Below, in pieces: positions 61,035 to 64,000 of a stretch of 64,000 bases of DNA. Source of the DNA: Pavona decussata (lineage: Eukaryota); the NCBI GenBank assembly GCA_977016875.1, contig CDRNST010000144.1:4588001-4652000 (forward strand). Direction: 5' to 3'. Each line of letters begins with the position of its first letter. The stretch's first letter is position 1. Below the pieces are notes generated by a model. It made no database searches. It saw only the letters and a list, made by a program, of their open reading frames with translations, and had not been told where the DNA came from. The position numbers and the translations under genes were made by a program.

Positions 61035-62061
61035 AACAATTCTGACTGTTGTACCAAGCCAAAATACCCTTAGTATAAAGGTGCTGAAATTTAAGATGGT
61101 GATGCTGTTGATGTCATTTAATACTTTCAGGAGAGCTGAAGAAAACGGATCTTACTCAAGGTGAAGATATTGTTTATAAAGATGCTGTACAACAACAGTA
61201 TACACGTGTACTAAAAGCTGAATTATTTGCTTCACGCATTAAAGCCAGTTAAAAATCTTTCTTTTGACATTATTTTATGAATCACTGAGGACGTGGCCTG
61301 GAAGGTGAAGGGACGTTATTGTGTTTGACGTGTTATCCACTCAGTGAAAAATTCTTACCGTTTATTGCCTCTAAAACTATTTGGACAGCACGGCTCTTAG
61401 GCTCCGTTCAGACTAGTTGTTATGGTCTGGTTCTCAGGCACGGGTACTAGTGTGAGTGTGGCTATGTTCACCCTTGGTTCCCGAGCACGGTGCCCAAGAA
61501 CGATTCTCGCTGGGCACTAATGTGAACGCAGCCTTTAATCAAGTATCTACGCCAGAATTCGGGTACGGTGTACCTGCCCGAGTACAAGGACGAGACCTTA
61601 TATTCAGGCACTGAAGTAGGAACCGGTTCCCTGTGTGCTCGCATTGCTATTTTGTGCCCGGCGCCCAAGCACTAGTGTGAACGTAACAATAGCTTGTTTT
61701 GGGTGCACAAGCAAAAATCTCAGCACAGTATCAGTGTATGGGCACTACCTCAATGGCTATTGGTCTCAACAGTTCCCGCGCTTTTAACTCATGCCTTCCT
61801 GTGATACAGTGACCAGTGAACAAATGCAGACGCTAAATACACAAACGAGGAAAGGATTGGTCCTTAGGTACCAAGGAGTCTGAACAACGTCCTTTTCAGT
61901 GTTCGGGCACAGGGCCCTGGAACGGGCACCTAACATGGCAGTGAAACCACCACCCTGCGGCTCGTGGTTCCACTTGAGTTTGGAACATTTTATGACGCCA
62001 TTTCATGGTCTATAAGAGAATCGGCCATAAAAAACTGCCGTCGATTTGTTAAATAACAACT

Positions 62062-62073
<12 letters not shown>

Positions 62074-62092
<19 letters not shown>

Positions 62093-62465
62093 AATGAGGT
62101 CAAGAGAAAAAATATAAGACCGTGATACACTGATGTGTCCCAGTTTGACCGATCTACAACAGCGAATACGGGCAACGACATTTCACTGGCTTTCTGTGTT
62201 GTTTACGCCCTTCGCACGCGCCATATATTGATGGACAGATAATGCCGGGTGTATTTCAACACTCTTACCAGAAAAGAGAAGACAAATATAACAAACCCTT
62301 TTTGTAGTGGAATAATAAATCTCCTTTTCTTTGGTTTTACATATATTACACGCGGACGTTTTGCTCATTGCTCGTATTTTTCTTTGCCCCTTCGGGGCTC
62401 GGAAAAATACCACGCAACTCGCAAAATATCCGCGCATATATATAAAACCATTGAGTAAGATATAT
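62074..62465. repeat. Dispersed repeat, copy 2 (internally deleted relative to copy 1)
   Basis: Shares the same blocks as 59825-60342. Confidence 0.8.
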
Positions 62466-63940
62466 GTATATAATATATAATAATTGCGGGCGAGCGTTAG
62501 CGAGCAGCACACTATTCTTTACAATAGCGGAAAAAGTCTAAAAATTTGTCGGATGTAAGATCGGAAGCATGCGCAATTGGTTGGATTTTTATTATCCGGC
62601 CTATCCACACCTGCGAAGACGTCACTTAAAATTGCACGTGGAGAGAGATCTTATACAGCTCCAGTCCATTTACAACATTCTTAGCCCGTTGAGGCAAACT
62701 ATTTGCAGTATTATTCGCCCGTTGAGACGTCGTTCTCAACCTTTGAGATCATCCATTCGACCGTCGAGTCAAAATTGTTTTCCAAACGTTGAGAGAAAAG
62801 AAAACTTCAGTCTCCAGCACAGTATTAAAACGTCGTTCGCTCGTTGACACTAGAGATTCTTTAAAATGCGTTTGTGTTGCTGAAAGGCGGCTAGCGATTT
62901 CTGAAGAACATAAGCGTAATTGCTGTAACATTTACAGCATAAAATTTGGAAAACGCCGACAAGGTTTCATGAATACGCATGACACCCGTTATCTTTCATT
63001 TCTCGTTGCCTTTTACTCTCAGCATTTTCTTCCAGCTCTAATTGCAGCACTTACTTTCACATTAAAACTTCGAGTCTACAATAATAACCTATAATAGCTA
63101 TAACACTACCTCTAGTCCAAGTGATACTCTTCGTTTTCATTTCCCTTATCAACGAGATTTAGTAAGGAAAGGAGTCACGTGATTCGTCCACTCAATTTGC
63201 CCACCCTGAAAGTCATGTAAGTCAAAACAAAATGAACACAAAATCTTTTAATCCATTATCGCGTACATGAATACATATAATTCCTAAGAGACTGTGTACA
63301 CTGAACCGCCTGCCCCCCTCCCCCCTCCCTCCCAAAGAAAAGAAACTCGGAGGGGAGAGTGGTTGATCGCATACGATCAACGGCTACTCCATATCTGTAA
63401 AACCGAAGTTAGGTTCTATGGAGGTAACGATTACCGTCTCTTTCCTGCACAGATTTCTTTAATTTACATTCAATACAAGACGCACAAAGAAACATTTCAA
63501 GAGACAGCGAATGAAACATCAGCTAATAAGGCCAGGAAGTCATAACACACAGATAGACAAAGAGATGGAAATCTACTGGTTTTATCTGCAATGACCTTTC
63601 ACACAAGTTTTCCATGTCAGGTATCTTCAGCTTAATTAAAAGGAAAGGAAAATATCACCTTTTGTTTTGGAAATGAAACAAGCGAGGTTTATTCATGCAC
63701 TTTAAAAGTATTGAGTTATATTTATACACTTTTTCCACTGGCTTTCTTGGCGCGGGACGTTGAATTCTCGAAACAGAGAAATGTGCCAAGAAAACACTAT
63801 CAGTCAGCCTCTGATCTTCAGTACAACGGGGTTGGCCCTATTAAGACAGTGCTATTTTGGTCTTTGGGTGTAAGAGGAAAAGGGGGGGGGGGGGGGGGAT
63901 TCTCCTTATCTGTAACTTCCGGGCTGAGTTGCTCGAAGCA

Positions 63941-63986
<46 letters not shown>

Positions 63987-64000
63987 GTCATGGTATTTAA

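Noticed and set aside
33000-64000. Remaining 60-140 aa ORFs in the track
   Set aside because: No domain signal or splice-consistent chain; many overlap repeats or low-complexity sequence.

Overview
AT-rich, intron-containing animal DNA; the repeat families and gene content suggest a cnidarian, probably a stony coral (inference). Three spliced genes can be assembled by hand with GT-AG, phase-consistent junctions. (1) A + strand LIM-domain-only (LMO1/3-like) gene, 3 exons, 150 aa (1937-5305). (2) A convergent - strand fibulin-1/2-like gene with signal peptide, anaphylatoxin-like modules and 5 EGF/cbEGF modules, at least 8 exons (16273-7967); no fibulin C-terminal domain is visible. (3) A - strand Erg-type (KCNH2/6/7-like) K+ channel, 7 coding exons, 728 aa (32870-22247). 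The channel has no N-terminal PAS/eag domain in the window, has Thr at the hERG S620 position, and has a degenerate CNBHD that lacks the intrinsic ligand but contains a CxxCH motif. The ~31 kb upstream of the channel holds no other recognisable host gene. It does hold several short ATG-initiated phase-0 candidate first exons, two Penelope-like GIY-YIG relics (one a TSD-flanked inverted hairpin, one with a minimal hammerhead ribozyme), tRNA-derived SINEs, many MITEs and a LINE tail interrupted by a piggyBac-like MITE.
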